This document shows, one piece after another, positions 22,816 to 36,199 of a DNA stretch of 64,000 nt. Position numbers and translations under genes: made by a program. Position 1 is the first letter of the stretch. Every line of letters begins with the position of its first letter. The notes beneath the pieces are model-generated. The model was not told the origin of the DNA. It was given only the letters and a program-made list of their open reading frames with translations, and searched no databases. Source of the stretch: Eutreptiella sp. 'Long Island Sound 2002' (taxonomy: Eukaryota; Protista; Euglenida); NCBI GenBank assembly GCA_964036045.1, contig OZ038378.1, positions 49,662,001-49,726,000 of the forward strand, given 5' to 3'.

Positions 22816-25800
22816 GATTCAATATGACTTAATATCCTATCATTGGATATCGTATCATATTATGTCCCTTTATATTATATCATATAATATGAAGATTACA
22901 TTCCGTTGTAGCGTGATTTATAGCCTAACACATGGCTCTTCCCAAAGGGGGCTACATACATGGAACGAGTCAGGTAAGAGCTTCATAGTAGTCCCTTTGG
23001 TGATTTCGAGCTCGGTGGCAATATGAACAACCACACAATTACTTGTCGGGGGAAGGAAGTGGAGGACAAGAAACTTGGAAGCGTGCTACTAGACAAGAGG
23101 GGTTGCGCAACAAGAGGCTAGAGGTACCAAAGGATGGTCCTAGGTGCCGTAAGCATACCAAGAGTAAACTAGGTATAGGTGGCTTGGACAATGGTTCCTC
23201 AAAATTGTTGCGCTAGGGCCTTGGTGGATGCAACATTGTGGATGATTTGCAGGAGCCCTCTATGGATTTCAACAGGTTGAGGTTTGGCGTCATTGGAAAG
23301 TTTACAAGCATGGCTAGGTTCCAATTAGGGCGGGTGAGGGTTGCTTAAGACCGTCATGGTGGGCTCCTCTTTTATGGACCATGGAGCAGTCCCCCGTGCA
23401 TTGTGAGGTCTGATTGGGGTTATGGAGGAGTTGGAGGGGGCAGCCAGTAGGGGCCCGTTAGGTCATTGGGGGGGGGGGGGGGGGGCTAGCAGTGATACTC
23501 AGTGTGCGATTCAAGATTCACTCGAGGGTGGTAACACCACTCGCACTCAAGTGGCGGCGGACATTTATTTGACCAAGACCATTCCCTCACCCCCTCCGTC
23601 ACCCCAGGGGCATTGTATCTTGGTTCCTACAAACATCCAAGCCAGGGGCAGTGGGGGAAAGGGCAAAGAGGCGGAAAATGGAGGCGCGGGATGTTGGCGC
23701 TCGGGGAAGAGAGACATGGAAGGTCCCATGAACCTTACTTTTGAATCAGTGGTGGATAGATGACTGAGGCAACTTACACACACATCCCGCCCCCATCATG
23801 GTATGAAGGAATGAAGAAGTGGTGGCACAAAACAACGCTGTGTCAACCAGAACCAGCCAACCCCCCTCCCCCCCACACCACACCCCCAGTTTTTTGGATG
23901 AGTGAGCAGTAGCACCAGGGCGGCTACAGCAGACCTTGAGGCTTTGCGACCCTCCCCGTAACCACAGCAGAGTCACACAAAAAAAAGCCAGAACAAAAAA
24001 ACCCTTCCTTGATCACTAGATGAGCCCCTCTTCCAGTCAGAAGCCGAGATGCATTGTCACAGCGGCATCATGAGCGGGCTCCCTACCTATCGCAATATTT
24101 GAGCCCACCCCCTTCACCCCCAACCGAATGGGTGGACAACCAACCCACCTGTCCACGCATGGCCTGGAGGATTCCTTCCTCAAAAGGCGAACAAGTTCGC
24201 GCACCCAGAAGTACCAACCAGCATACTCACTTAGCCTTTGTAGCACCCGCTGGGCCCCCAATGGCAACCTCCCAAAGCAGGAGGTGGTGGTGGGATGGGG
24301 GGGCTGGGGGATCAGCTTCTCGGGGAGGTTGTGCAACACATGTGCGAGATTACTCCTTTGTTGTCGTGGTTGCTAGGACATTTAAGGCGCTCTCTCCGGA
24401 GGCCTCTGTCTCAAATCCTCTTTGTGATTCTACTTTTTGAAAAAACCGAGGGTTCCCGTTGGTCTCAGGCACTGTTTACCATACGGACTACTTTGGAACT
24501 GATCAATGAGCCCGATTAGGACTCGCTTCAGCACCTAGCACGTCGTCCATCCTTAAACAGGCTAGGCTTGATCTTGAGGTGGCAAATAAGGAGTTAGAGT
24601 AGATGGTTATTTTCCAAATTGTCCCATGTGTGTGTTTCTTTAGTGCCTGCCTCCTTCCCTGAGGCGATGGCTGAGCCCAATGCTCAGCAGGTCAATCCCA
24701 CATTGTTTGAGGGGCACACTGGACACTCACCACATCACCCGTTTGTTGGAGGTGCAGCAGTTAAAGGGATGGGTGTTTTCAGATGTGCTACCACGAATGC
24801 ATCCCACAGCTTGCAATACTGGAAAACAGTGCTTTTGGCTCCTTCAAAATAGCTGTACAGGTATTGTGCTGAATTGTTGTGCCCACCCGCATACCCCTGC
24901 CTTCTGATCATTTGGGTAGGTGGCGGGCTTCACATTGGCTGCTTTGTCAGTGCCCGTTTCCGACATCACCTTGCCATCAACAGTGGTTCAGCCCTATTGG
25001 GGTCATGTATGGTTCCTTGTGGCGAGGTTTTTGTTCAGCCTTTGCTCTCCTGTTGTTTGTTTTTGTGACAGGGAGTTGCATGGCTGCTTGAGGGTTGATG
25101 GCCCAAGAGCACCAATCTCACTTTGGCAGTCTTTAATCCACCACTCAATCTATTGGCCAACTTCACGGTATCTCGTTACCACATTCTTATGAAGCACCTT
25201 CTCTTTTGAACCTCATTTTCACCAGCATTGCACCTTGGAAAAATGGGTGCCCTCAACTGCATTTTTTTTCTAAACCCTGATCGTGGTAATTCTGAAAGCG
25301 GAAGCGCATTCTTTTTTGGTATCTCACTTTTGGAGCTACCAAAAAGGTGGGTTTTTTCCCCCAAAAATAACACGCTCCAGTGCATGATTTTTGACACCTT
25401 GGATTTGTTGCCTCAAAATTGGGTGCGTGAAAAAAGGTGTGCTTCAGCAAGTTCTTTGGTGCCACAATTTGGTGCCACGGGAAAGATGCTGCACACAGCA
25501 ACACAGAGTGCCCCGATGTAATGTTCATTCAATCTCAAAGTGTTACCCTCAGCTAGGTGTCTACAATGGTGCCTCTGCAGTACAGGTAGCAGATTGTCCT
25601 TCTGTTTTTTTTTTGTTGCAGGGGTGCTGGAAAAAAGCCAAAGGTTTGATTTGCCCCCAGAATTGGAAGAAATGGTGCTTTTCTTATACATATTGGGTAT
25701 TTTGGGAGGGTTGTTGCGAGAAGGGAACAAGAAAGAGATTGTGTGGTGGTGTCCATGGTCAAAGCTTTTTATAGAAAATCAATATTTACATGGTGGCTTC

Positions 25801-26190
25801 AAAAGTGAGCAGCAAAAGAGGACGCGCCTTAGCATGCCTTGTTGGCACACCACTTCCAAAGTTAACACATTAGGGAAGTAGAAACAGAAGGTGCCAACAT
25901 GCATACAGGTTCTTCGCTGCTGTGGGAAAATTGGGCTCAAAGAAGAACATGCTTCAAAAGAACACGGGTTTTGTGTTTCTGATTTTCATTCTACCGAAGT
26001 TGAAAAATGACAGCAGTAGGCCACCCATACATGCTATTTTTGTCACAATGTTCTGTGCAATCTCAGTACTCTCCGGTTTTTCAGACTAGTTTTCCACAGT
26101 GGGCTATGGGGCAACAGATTCCCTTCTTATAATGAGGCCTGGGTTGTTGCTTGCTCCCTTTGGCTGCTGATGAATGGGCATTCTTCCCAG

Positions 26191-26385
26191 GGGATCCCCA
26201 AAAAGTACAATCACTGTGTGTACTGCAAGTATGTCTACAAATGGGCAGAGAAGGATTCCTACAAGACCCTTGATGTCAAAAATAATTCAAATCCAGAGTT
26301 CGATTTCAAGAAACGCTTTGCTTTCTCCAAAATGAATCAAGGCCTTGTGGATTATTTCATGAGTGACAATGTGATTACCTTCGAG
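26191..26385 (+). CDS. Internal exon encoding a C2-like domain resembling those in kinesin-3 (KIF13/KIF1/KIF28-type) stalks
   Basis: Acceptor TTCTTCCCAG| and donor GAG|GTATCC bound 195 nt in phase 0. Translation: GIPKKYNHCVYCKYVYKWAEKDSYKTLDVKNNSNPEFDFKKRFAFSKMNQGLVDYFMSDNVITFE. This fits the remembered pattern G[IL]P..VYC[KQ]Y..YKT..NP.F.[FY].K.F.F..L.DY..ITFEV. The family call is by recall, not by search. Confidence 0.65.
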
Positions 26386-26541
26386 GTATCCCAGCCCACA
26401 TCCCATGCCAAGTCCAAAACTGCTGTACCACTGGCCTGTGTCTGCTCACAATCCTAGGATCTGTCGAAGAGAAGGGTTCTGCTGAGCAGGTGGGTGTTGT
26501 GGGATCCGAAGCAACAACAACAGCAGCAGCACCCCCACCCC

Positions 26542-26625
26542 CACCATCACCATCACCATCACCATCACCATCACCATCACCATCACCATCACCATCACCA
26601 TCACCATCACCATCACCATCACCAT
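26542..26625 (+). repeat. (CACCAT)14 microsatellite
   Basis: Directly visible. Confidence 0.97.
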
Positions 26626-27489
26626 AATCCTGATCATTTGGTGACAGTATAGAATCCTGTTGGAGCCATGTAGCACCAATTAGACCCTCCTAGTGGTGGC
26701 CAATAGGGCTGTTTTGGGATGTTGGCACTGTGGTGGGCCATAGTATCATCATCCGGTGCCGATACCAGTACTCTAGCACCCATGGGGACCCACATAGCGG
26801 CTGCTGGGCCCATGTACCCGGGCCATGGCCCCCCTGAAAGACCTGACATTGCTATTGTGTGTAGGGGCTCCCCACCCCTACTCAAGGTGCCTTGCTAAAG
26901 GAAATAGAATTTTGACAACTGGCATTGGGTGCTCTGCTTGTTGCTGGTTGCCTTAGCAAATGAATTTTCGTGCCTTCAATTTGACCTTATCTGTGACAAG
27001 CCACACACATTTGGGCCAAGCATAGAGGAGTCGGCCGTTATGGAGTTGATTGCTGGGCAAGAAGGTAGTAGACCAAAGCAATAGCAGAAGTGGGTTAATT
27101 TTTCGTGTGCCTTTGGTAGTCTTGCTTTCGCAATAGCACCACTCGACTCCACTTTCAAAAGGCAAGAGGATTTTGTGAGCTGCTATGGAGCATGGGTTTC
27201 GATGTTGCAGTGTGCATTGCCTGGACGTGTTGTCAATAGAAACAGGAACAACCACAAGATACAATGTGCATGTTGCGTCAGTTGGCATTGGCGACTTTGC
27301 ACTAGAGTGGCAGCAAATGTGCCTCCACGTTCTGGACAATATTATTGCATTCATTTCACTTGCAGCTCCCCACTTTTTGTGGTTTCCACACCTCCAAATT
27401 GCTCACACAGATGCCCAACCCCCCCGTATTGGTGCCCAATTAGTTTCGGCAAGCAATGAGCTTGAGCTCAAACTGATCGCGGCCCAAAA

Positions 27490-28060
27490 TCGTAAATGGG
27501 TTCCCCTAGGTGCAAAATTGTGCTAAAATGATCCCAAACCTTTGGGGTGCCAAAACAAGTGGGTTGAGCCTAGGTTTAGCTAGGTAGGTTTAGCTTATTT
27601 GGGCTTCTTTTGGCCCGTGAATAGGTAGGTTTAGCTTATTTGGGCTTCTTTTGGCCCGTGAATGGTGTCCAAAACGCTCCAAAACGGGCCAACTTAGGTC
27701 AAAAATGGGTCTACTTAGGTCAAAAATGGGTCGAATATTTTTCTGCCAATGATCAACCTACATAACCCTTGCCTTCTTGGGAATCTCAGAGCGGTGAGGA
27801 ACGGGCCACATATATAGAGTAGGGGAGAGGGGTGCAGTAGAGGATATGCACCATAGGGATCGCCGTTCACGCAATGCGCACACAATGCACACACGGTGCG
27901 CTTTGTCGACAAGTACTTGGACCCTAGTTTTGGCCCCTTTTTCACATTTTTGTTGTCCCATACTTGGTTTTTTTGTTTTGCTTGTCCATTGAGGATGTGG
28001 CACATTTGAATTGCGACCCATTTTCACCCAATTTTGACCATTTTAAGCCACTTTCACCCG
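27490..28060. repeat. Fragment related to the dispersed CCAAAATGGG-rich repeat family, with local 41-bp (27581/27622) and ~21-bp tandem duplications
   Basis: TAGGTAGGTTTAGCTTATTTGGGCTTCTTTTGGCCCGTGAA occurs twice and ACTTAGGTCAAAAATGGGTC twice. Motifs such as CCAAAACG and CCCATTTT resemble those in 33000-33250. Confidence 0.55.
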
Positions 28061-31000
28061 GCTGTGCACCACGTTCTTAGTTATAGGTGGATGCTGGATT
28101 ATGATGATGGGAAACCAACTGATGTGTTGTACATTCACAATGCAACAAATCGGCAAGTGGCTTTGTTACACACTCCTAAGCGGATTCCAACTTTCATAGC
28201 CACCACGGTGCTATCTCTAGTAAACAATGTATGGCCCAACACTTGAACCCTGCACCCGCACTCTCAGATAAGCATGAATCATTGGCACGGCTTATCAATG
28301 ACGGCCTACATAGGGCTACTACCAGTGGGCAACCACCGTGCATTTATGCGGGTGTCACAAGGTGCTTCATAAGACTGGGGTTTCCTGGCTGTGGGCAAGT
28401 GCGGCCTGTGGTTGCCTGAGCGTGTTGGAAGATGGTGGCGGCCTTGTGGGGACATACACATTGTGCCTACACCTGCTTGGGGCAAGCAAATGGAAAAGTG
28501 AACATGAATCACTACAAAGGTTTACAGCTACTTCAAAAATAGTACAAAATTCATGTGAATTTGTACGAGACTTGTATGCTACGAACAAAGTTTGTACAAA
28601 CACCTTGGTCTCAATTGATGACGGATCATGACGCTACTACAAAATTCGTCCCATTTTTGTACAAAATCACACGGCTTTAGGGCATTCTTGTGCTAATGCA
28701 CACTATCGCAACAAGTGATCTAGAGGTATGCCCCGTGGATTTTTGCCTAAATGAGCATTGGTTCAATCCCAACCATGTTATGCAATGAGGTACCATCGGA
28801 TAGCATGCACTGGTGGAGGTGAGCATTTGTAGGTCTTCTATTGTGGAGCAACAATGCTAGGCGATGACAACATGCACCACAAAAAAAGTAGGCCACTAGC
28901 TGACCATCATTTGGTGCACAACAACACAAAGTATCAATCAATGTGCATTTATTGTATAATGAACACTGGACATGGTGTGTCCGCTTAGCCAATCACATAC
29001 AAAGCAAAGTACCAACAAATAAAAGAAGAGCATGTCACTATTGGTCAATAACAAAAAAAAAGCAGGTGGCTACAACGACCCTTGAAAACCTTGAGGTCCG
29101 TGTGACCCTTGAGGAGGGTGGTCCTCGGACACGGTACCAATTGCGGGGTCCATGGCCGCCGCCGTGACCCTGCAAGGGGGTTACTCCTCCATCACCTTTG
29201 CATGGTCACTGATGATCACCTCCATTGGGGGGGCAATGAACTCTAGTGCCACACGTGGAGCATGTTGCGCAAGCAAGCGCCCCGCTCTCGACGCCATGGC
29301 GGAAAGTTGCCTACGGGCAGCCCTTGTGTGTCCCTCCTGAGCCCATGCAGCTGACAGGAGGAAGCGGGCGCCCTAAGGGTTGGGAGATCCCGCGACCCCC
29401 GCCCGTGTTGTTGCTACCAGCCTCTGACCCCAAGAGATCACCGCTGATCGGGTCACGGTGTCTCCCTCTTCCACCCCCTTGACGTGGACGACCTCCCCCC
29501 GAGCCCTCCCCGTCACCGCCCTCCGCACGCGCCGGCGCATTGCCGGCCAAGACGAGTCCGCCCACTCGTCCTTCCGCAACCCCCACCCCACAAACGCCCA
29601 AGGGCCAAAAGCGGCCGGTCTCCGGCGTTGCCGACTGCCCCGCCATGGCACTCTGCATCCACCAATGACCAATGGTGAGGGGGTAGGCAAACATTCCCAC
29701 CAAGTGCTCTCCCTCATTGAAGCGCGACGTCCCCATGCGGCAAGATGCTGCACAATAACGAAAGGCCCTTGGCCCCCATCCCGTGCACCTCCACTACCAA
29801 GTCCGGCACCGCAGCAAAGCGGTGCCGATGGCCGTTGGACCAATAACCAACTCTCACGCGGGTTTGGGCTAGCTCGTGGCAAGGGTCACATAGACCTCAT
29901 ACCTAGGGTCCAACTTGGCGGTACCAAGTTGTCCCGTGGGCGGCAATGGGATCACTGCCTCGCGGGGGGCTCTCTTGGAGGCGGGGGGGGGGGGGGGGTG
30001 CTCGGCGGGGGCATCATCGGGTAGGCTGGGTGCTTGTCCTCTTGCTCCACCACCCCAACCCGGATGCTCCCACGGCATGCTTGGTTGAAGCGCTTGTGGG
30101 TGGTAGCGTTGGGCGATGGATTTCCGGTGATCAAGCGCAAAGACGGACCTACAAGACAAGGCACAACAACACTGGTGGCTTGTATGACAAGGTAGCGACA
30201 ATGAGGCATGAAACGTCGCCATTCTACATGAATTCGTGGCGAATTTGAGTTTGTACGAATTTAGTACGAACTATACGCTTCACCAGCTTTTGAGTGGTAT
30301 TCACACCCACGAGTTTTGCACACTTGGGGATGCCACTTCGGTAGCTTCCCTTGTCTTTTAGAGGTCTGTTAGGTGCAAGTGCCCGCAAGGACGGCGATTG
30401 GGTAGTCCAGGGAGAACCAGTGGGACACCATTGAGTTGCGGAGGGGGGACTTGCTTCTCGTGGTCTCCATCTGTAGGCCACATGGTTTGCCCACAAGTGA
30501 GGGGGCAAAAGACGGTCTTCACGGTGCCCTCTTCACCCATTAGACCCTTGACCCCAAACACAAGTGGCACCAGCCCAAACACGACGCATTGGGACCCCGT
30601 ACCCCCACGGTCCACCATGGACGTGGCAGTGGATTTTGGCAGCGGGACCTTGCCGACCGTGGCCCGGGTGCATTCTGTTGGGCACGGGGCCATCGCAAGG
30701 GTGGGCATGTGGTTGAGGGATGCAGCTCTTGCCTTCTTCACCAACGTCGCGGCGGAGCCTTCCCCGCCAACATGCCCGGTTCATGCAACCTTCATGTGGT
30801 GCTATGTGCCCCTAGAGAACGTGTCGCTGTTGCAGACCACATAGCACGTCGTCATCTTTTTTGTGTGGGCTTTTACCAACTGGAGCTCGTGAAAGATTGG
30901 GCTGTGGATGCCGAACCCCCCATTCAATTCGCCATCTCTGGCTTGGCCCCGCGGGTAAGGGCCAAAAAATCGATGTGGCACCTCGTCAAATCGGCACCAC

Positions 31001-32739
31001 CCAAGATGAAGCACATGGAGGCGAGGATAGGCGGCTAGACAATCTTGTGTCCGTGTGAATGCCATATAAACCCCCTCCGTTGCGCTAAGTGTTTGTGGCA
31101 CACCGCTGCGCACAATTTGACTTCAATTCGGACTGAATTGGTAGGAAGTTGGCCCTTGTCGGAGGGGTTGAGCACCCCAGGATGCGTCCAGACGTCGGTG
31201 TGGTCGAGTTGGGAACCACCGCACACACTTGCCACAATGACACGGCCCATGGTGCCATGGGGTGGAGGTTCATAACAAGCTGCACATTCCTCCAATCTCG
31301 GTGTCACCTTCTTCAACAAAGGCCCCCCCACCGAGTGACGCGGGCCTCACTTGCTTTGCCAACGACAGGGGAGGTAGGCCCTCTTTGCTTAGTCCTCCAA
31401 CAACCTGGCGTTGAAGAAGAGTTCAAACAAACACAACACCATGTACCCAGTGCCATCCACGAAGTTCACATGGGGCTAGAAGGGGCCGGCTTTACTTGCC
31501 CAAAAGGGGTCACAACCCACACTAAGCGGGGGTCAGGAAGGGGTTCCCTGTGAACGGAGGGTTGGTGGAAAAGAAGTTGTGGCGGGGGGGCTAGAGGAAG
31601 CAACCTGCCATAGGAATGATGTGGTGTGGTACATCTTGGGGTGGGATGTCATTGATGTGGACTATGGCAGGGATGGTGAGATGGAAAAGGGTAATGCCCC
31701 AATCCTCACACCATCAAGGGTTGGCGAGGTGCCAAGAAAAAAGAAAGAAGAAGTTATGGGTGTCAAGGTCAGTGGAACAATCCCGCAATACAAAATCATC
31801 CATTGGGTACAGCTGAATTGGGCGTCTTTGGTCTTCCCAACGGGGTTCGTTTGCAGGAGGCCCATAAGCAAGTCAACAGGGGCGGGGGCATGGGAGGGGT
31901 GGAGGCGCATCATGCGCACCGAGGGGATCTCTGCAGTGCCCTCTACAGCTTTGTGGACCACACACGGCGGCCGAAACGGATGTTGCAAGGGGGGACAAAG
32001 GGGGGGGGGCTGAAGGTATGCATCCCGGGCGACCACTGCCTCAATGCCCAATCGGTCAAAGTGGTACGATGCCTGCTCCATGATTTGGTGCTCGGGTGGG
32101 ATGACCTCGTACACCGCATTAGTCTCTCCTGAAGGGTTTGGGTACCACTGCAGCTGGCAAGCTGCGACAGAGTCTCCGACATCCTCTTGAACGGGACCAA
32201 TGCCAAGAACACGAAAAAAAAATAATCCAAATCCCTGCAAAATTTGTACGAAGTTCATACGAATTCGTACAAAGTTTACAATCGTGAAGGAGGCGCAAAC
32301 AAATCGTGAACTTAGTTGTGAATATGAGGGAATCAGAATGTGTGACTAGACGGGCGACATTCAAGTGATGTGGGCTTTTTAAGAGGCTTCCCTTTAATTC
32401 ATCGGCCAAGTCTTTGTCACTAGGCATAATGCCGTAATTCGGGGGGCAGCATGCATGTGATGGCACATGGGTGCATCGAGAGAACCACACCTGTACGTCA
32501 ATTTCCTCATCCCGACTTCTTTGCAGCCTTACTACTTGCGGATGTTGCTTGATCCGCACGGGGGGGATGTCTTGTTAGTTTTGGTACGCGACTCCCCCCC
32601 CCTCCCTGCCCTCCGGGCCCGCGTAGTTGCCAATGGTCAACAGCTACCTGCCATACATATGGTGGTGCCGAAGGCGCCCGAAAATTATTTTTCATTCCCC
32701 ATGCCCATTTTTTCTACTTTGCACGCCAACACTATCCTT

Positions 32740-32826
32740 GAACCCAACCTTGACTCTAATGCCCACCCCAACCCTCAGCCTACTCCTCACCCTACCCCGA
32801 AACCTTACCCTTGACCCTAACCCTAA
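32740..32826 (+). repeat. Degenerate interstitial telomere-like (CCCTAA)n tract
   Basis: AACCCAACCTTGACTCTAATGCCC...ACCCTTGACCCTAACCCTAA. Shorter tracts lie at 35128-35150 and 35711-35726. Confidence 0.6.
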
Positions 32827-35145
32827 TCAAGACTGAATATTGGGACCAAGCTGGTGGGGGAGGGAACATCAGCTATGACTAGTGAGCGACATCAAGAATG
32901 ATTCACACATTGATGGCTCTTGACAAAGTGAAATCAGCTTGCAAGTGAACCCCATCACCACAAGGCCCCTTTCCAAGGCTTTTTGGACTTTTGAGGGGCC
33001 AAAATGTCCGAAAACGGGCTCAAAATGGGCTCATTTCACCCGTTTGTGCACCCCAAATGGTCTAGGATGAGGTTTGGAAAAACACACTTTCCACCCATTT
33101 TTGACCCATTTTTGGTCCCAAAACAGCCCTTTTCAAGGTATTTTGGGATTTTCGGAGGACCAAAATGGGACACCACAAGCTCAAAACGGTCCAAAAACAC
33201 TTGTTTTAGCGTCGCACATGGTCTAGGATCATTTTTGAGAAAAGTCATATTTTTGCCCCTACTGCACCCTGTTGACCCATTTGGACACCCACCTGTTTGG
33301 GCCTGCGCTTGCGGCTTGCCGCAGCCTAGTGGGCCTAGGTATTGGGGTCTAGGCGTCCGTTTGGGCAATTCTTAGGGGTGGAAACCACAAAAAGTGGGGG
33401 GTTGCGGGTGGAGTAGGTGCCCTCGGAATCGCATTTTGAGCCATGTAGCCAAAGATATGGCCTATTCTTGGTTTGTGGCTGTCGGCATTTGGAGCTTTTG
33501 GGGCCTTTTTGGGCCGTTCCCGGGACATATCATGGAGTTACAGGGCCGCAAAGAGCTCGTTGACACGGGGAAGTCAAGCCGCACTTGGAGTGTACCCACC
33601 GCTTCCCCTCGTTTGGCCATTGTCAATGTGTTCTAGGGCTTTTTTGGCCCAAAAATGGCTGCTTTTGGCCCTAAACTGCAGTTTTTGAAATGGAGGTCCG
33701 CCACTTGCGAATCCCATTCCCGGCCGCCGCCGTTGAGTTTCTCGCCCAAACTTTGTGTGATTGTACTTCACACCCATAGGTATCATTCACCAAAATTTCA
33801 ACCAAATCCAAAGCACCACGACGGAGTTCCGATTTTTTCCCATTTCGCGCGTGCTGCTGCTTGCTGCTTGCTGCCTGTTTGCTTGCTTGCTTGCTTGCTG
33901 CTGCTGCTAAACCTGGTAGGTCCACCCAAGACACTAAAAAAAAAAAGGGTTATAAATCCAAGACAGGTTCCACCAGCTCGGTGACCCTAGCCCTAATCAA
34001 GACATAATATAGGGACCCAGGTGGTGGGGGAGGGAACATCAGCTATGGCTGGTGAGGGACATCAAGGATGATTCACACATTGATGGCTCTTGACAAAGTG
34101 AAATCAGCTTGCAAGTGAACCCCATCACCACAAGGCCCGCTTTCAAGGCTTTTTGGACTTCTGAGGGGCCAAAATGCCCAAAACTGGGCTCAAAATGGGC
34201 TCATTTCACCCGTTTGTGCACCCCAAATGGTCTAGGATGAGGTTTGGAAAAACACACTTTCCACCCATTTGTGACCCATTTTTGGTCCCAAAACAGCCCT
34301 TTTCAAGGCATTTTGGGATTTTCGGAGGACCAAAATGGGACACCACCAGCTCAAAACGGTCCAAAAACACTTGTTTTAGCGTCGCACATGGTCTAGGATC
34401 ATTTTTGAGAAAAGTCATCTTTTTGCCCCTACCGCACCCTGTTGACCCATTTGGGCACCCACCTGTTTGGGCTTGAGCTTGCAGCTTGCCGCAGCCTAGT
34501 GGGCCTAGGTATTGGGGTCTAGGCGTCCGTTTGGGCAATTCTTAGGGGTGGAAACCACAAAAAGTGGGGGGTTGCGGGTGGAGTAGGTGCCCTCGGAATC
34601 GCTTTTGGAGCCATGTAGCCAAAGATATGGCCTATTCTTGGTTTGTGGCTGTCGGCATTTGGAGCTTTTGGGGCCTTTTTGGGCCGTTTCCGGGACATAT
34701 CATGGAGTTACAGGGCCGCAAAGAGCTCGTTGACACGGGGAAGTCAAGCCGCACTTGGAGTGTACCCACTGTTTCCCGTGGTTCCCCGTTTTGAATGTGT
34801 TCCAAGGCTTTTTTGGCCCAAAAATGGCTGTTTTTGGCCCTAAACTGCAGCTTTTGAAACGGAGGTCCGCCACTTGCGAATCCCATTTGCGGCCGCTACC
34901 GTTGACTTTCTTGTTCAACCTTTGTGTGATTGTACTTCACACCCATTGGTATCATCCACCAAAATTTGACCCGAATCCAAAGCACCACGACGGAGTTCCG
35001 ATTTTTCCCCATTTCGCGTGTGCTGCTTGCTTGTTGCTTGCTTGCTTGCTGCTGCTACACCTAGTAGGTGCACCCTAGACACTAAAAAGGGTTATAAAAA
35101 CAGGATTGGTTCCACTCGCTCGGTGACCTTAACCCTAACCCTAGC
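32815..35145 (+). mobile_element. Two tandem copies of a ~1.17-kb non-coding dispersed element joined by telomere-like hexamers
   Basis: CCCTAATCAAGAC starts at 32821 and 33991 (period 1170). The copies are colinear with scattered substitutions, each ending in a (TGCT)n tract then GCTCGGTGACCCT. Junctions contain CCCTAA/CCCTAG/CCCTGA. Confidence 0.85.
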
Positions 35146-36199
35146 CCTACCAAATGCCGCGCCGTCCGGAGAGCAGGGAACTTGTGGGTCGCCGCTAGGG
35201 TGAGAGGACGGAAGGACCACTAGAACCCGCAATGAATGGTTCCACGGCTTTTGGATTCCGCGGCCTTGGTGCTCCAATGTGAAGGCAACGAAGACTTGTG
35301 CACCAAGACCAAAACACTTCCAGCGAGAGGGTTTTCGGCCGCACCCAAGGACTCCACAACTCACTCCGCTCTTGTGTGCCCAGAATGAAGGAGTGATGGG
35401 TTGGTTTGGTTGTGTAGGACCGTGTGTGGATAGTCCGCAAAAGCCAATGATACGACGCAACTCCGGTGCCACAGTCAATGGTACACCGCCACGTCAGTAG
35501 AAGTGGGCTGAAGGTCCCCAAGGAGGGGCGGGCGGGTTCATGGAGGGGCGATGGGGGGGGGGGAGGGTTGGGAGGGTCGGTTTGGGGGGGTCCAGGTTGG
35601 GGGGGCCTCCAAGTGGGGCGATTTGGGGTGGTGGGGTGGGGGGCGGGGGGCGGGGGGGCACAAGCTCCCCTTACCTCCCCTTGCCCTCAATCTAATTTTC
35701 CATCACCATAAACCTAACCCTAACCTTTGCAGCTAGTTGATTTGGCCATGCCAGCCATGTTCATGGGGCTGCACAAGATCCCCCAAATTTCGTTCATGGC
35801 TGCTTTTGCCACATCATTGCTCTCCACTTTTGGACCCCAACACTCACTCTAACCCGAGCCTAGAATGAGAGCTAGGGCTAGGGGCAAGGCTAGTGCCACG
35901 ATGGTAGAACTTGGATGCCGATCCCCCAACTCGACCTATCACTGTATTGTGATGGTTGGATCCTGGTGTGTGCTATGTGGCTTGTGTTGTTGAACTGATC
36001 TGGCGAATGTCGTGTGTGTTGTTTCTGCGCGGCAGCGTGCCTTTGTTGTTGTACTGCCACTAGAAGCACTATTCTTTGTAGCTAGGAACTACTAGGTCGT
36101 TGGGGCCAGCATCTGTCATCTACTGTGCTTGATATGTGGAAGGATGCGGTGAAGTGTGGCAAAGGGGTGCTTGACTGGCTGAGTCATGTGATGGTGGAA

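Noticed and set aside
24735-24767. HITRLLEVQQLK as the exon preceding GIPKKY (C2 strand 1)
   Set aside because: The fit is attractive, but there is no GT/GC donor and no nonconventional-intron signature after AAG; unsupported without transcripts.
31662-32258. Kinase-like DLLMGLLQTNP in a 198-aa minus-strand ORF
   Set aside because: No other kinase subdomain motifs (HRD, DFG, APE in order) are present.
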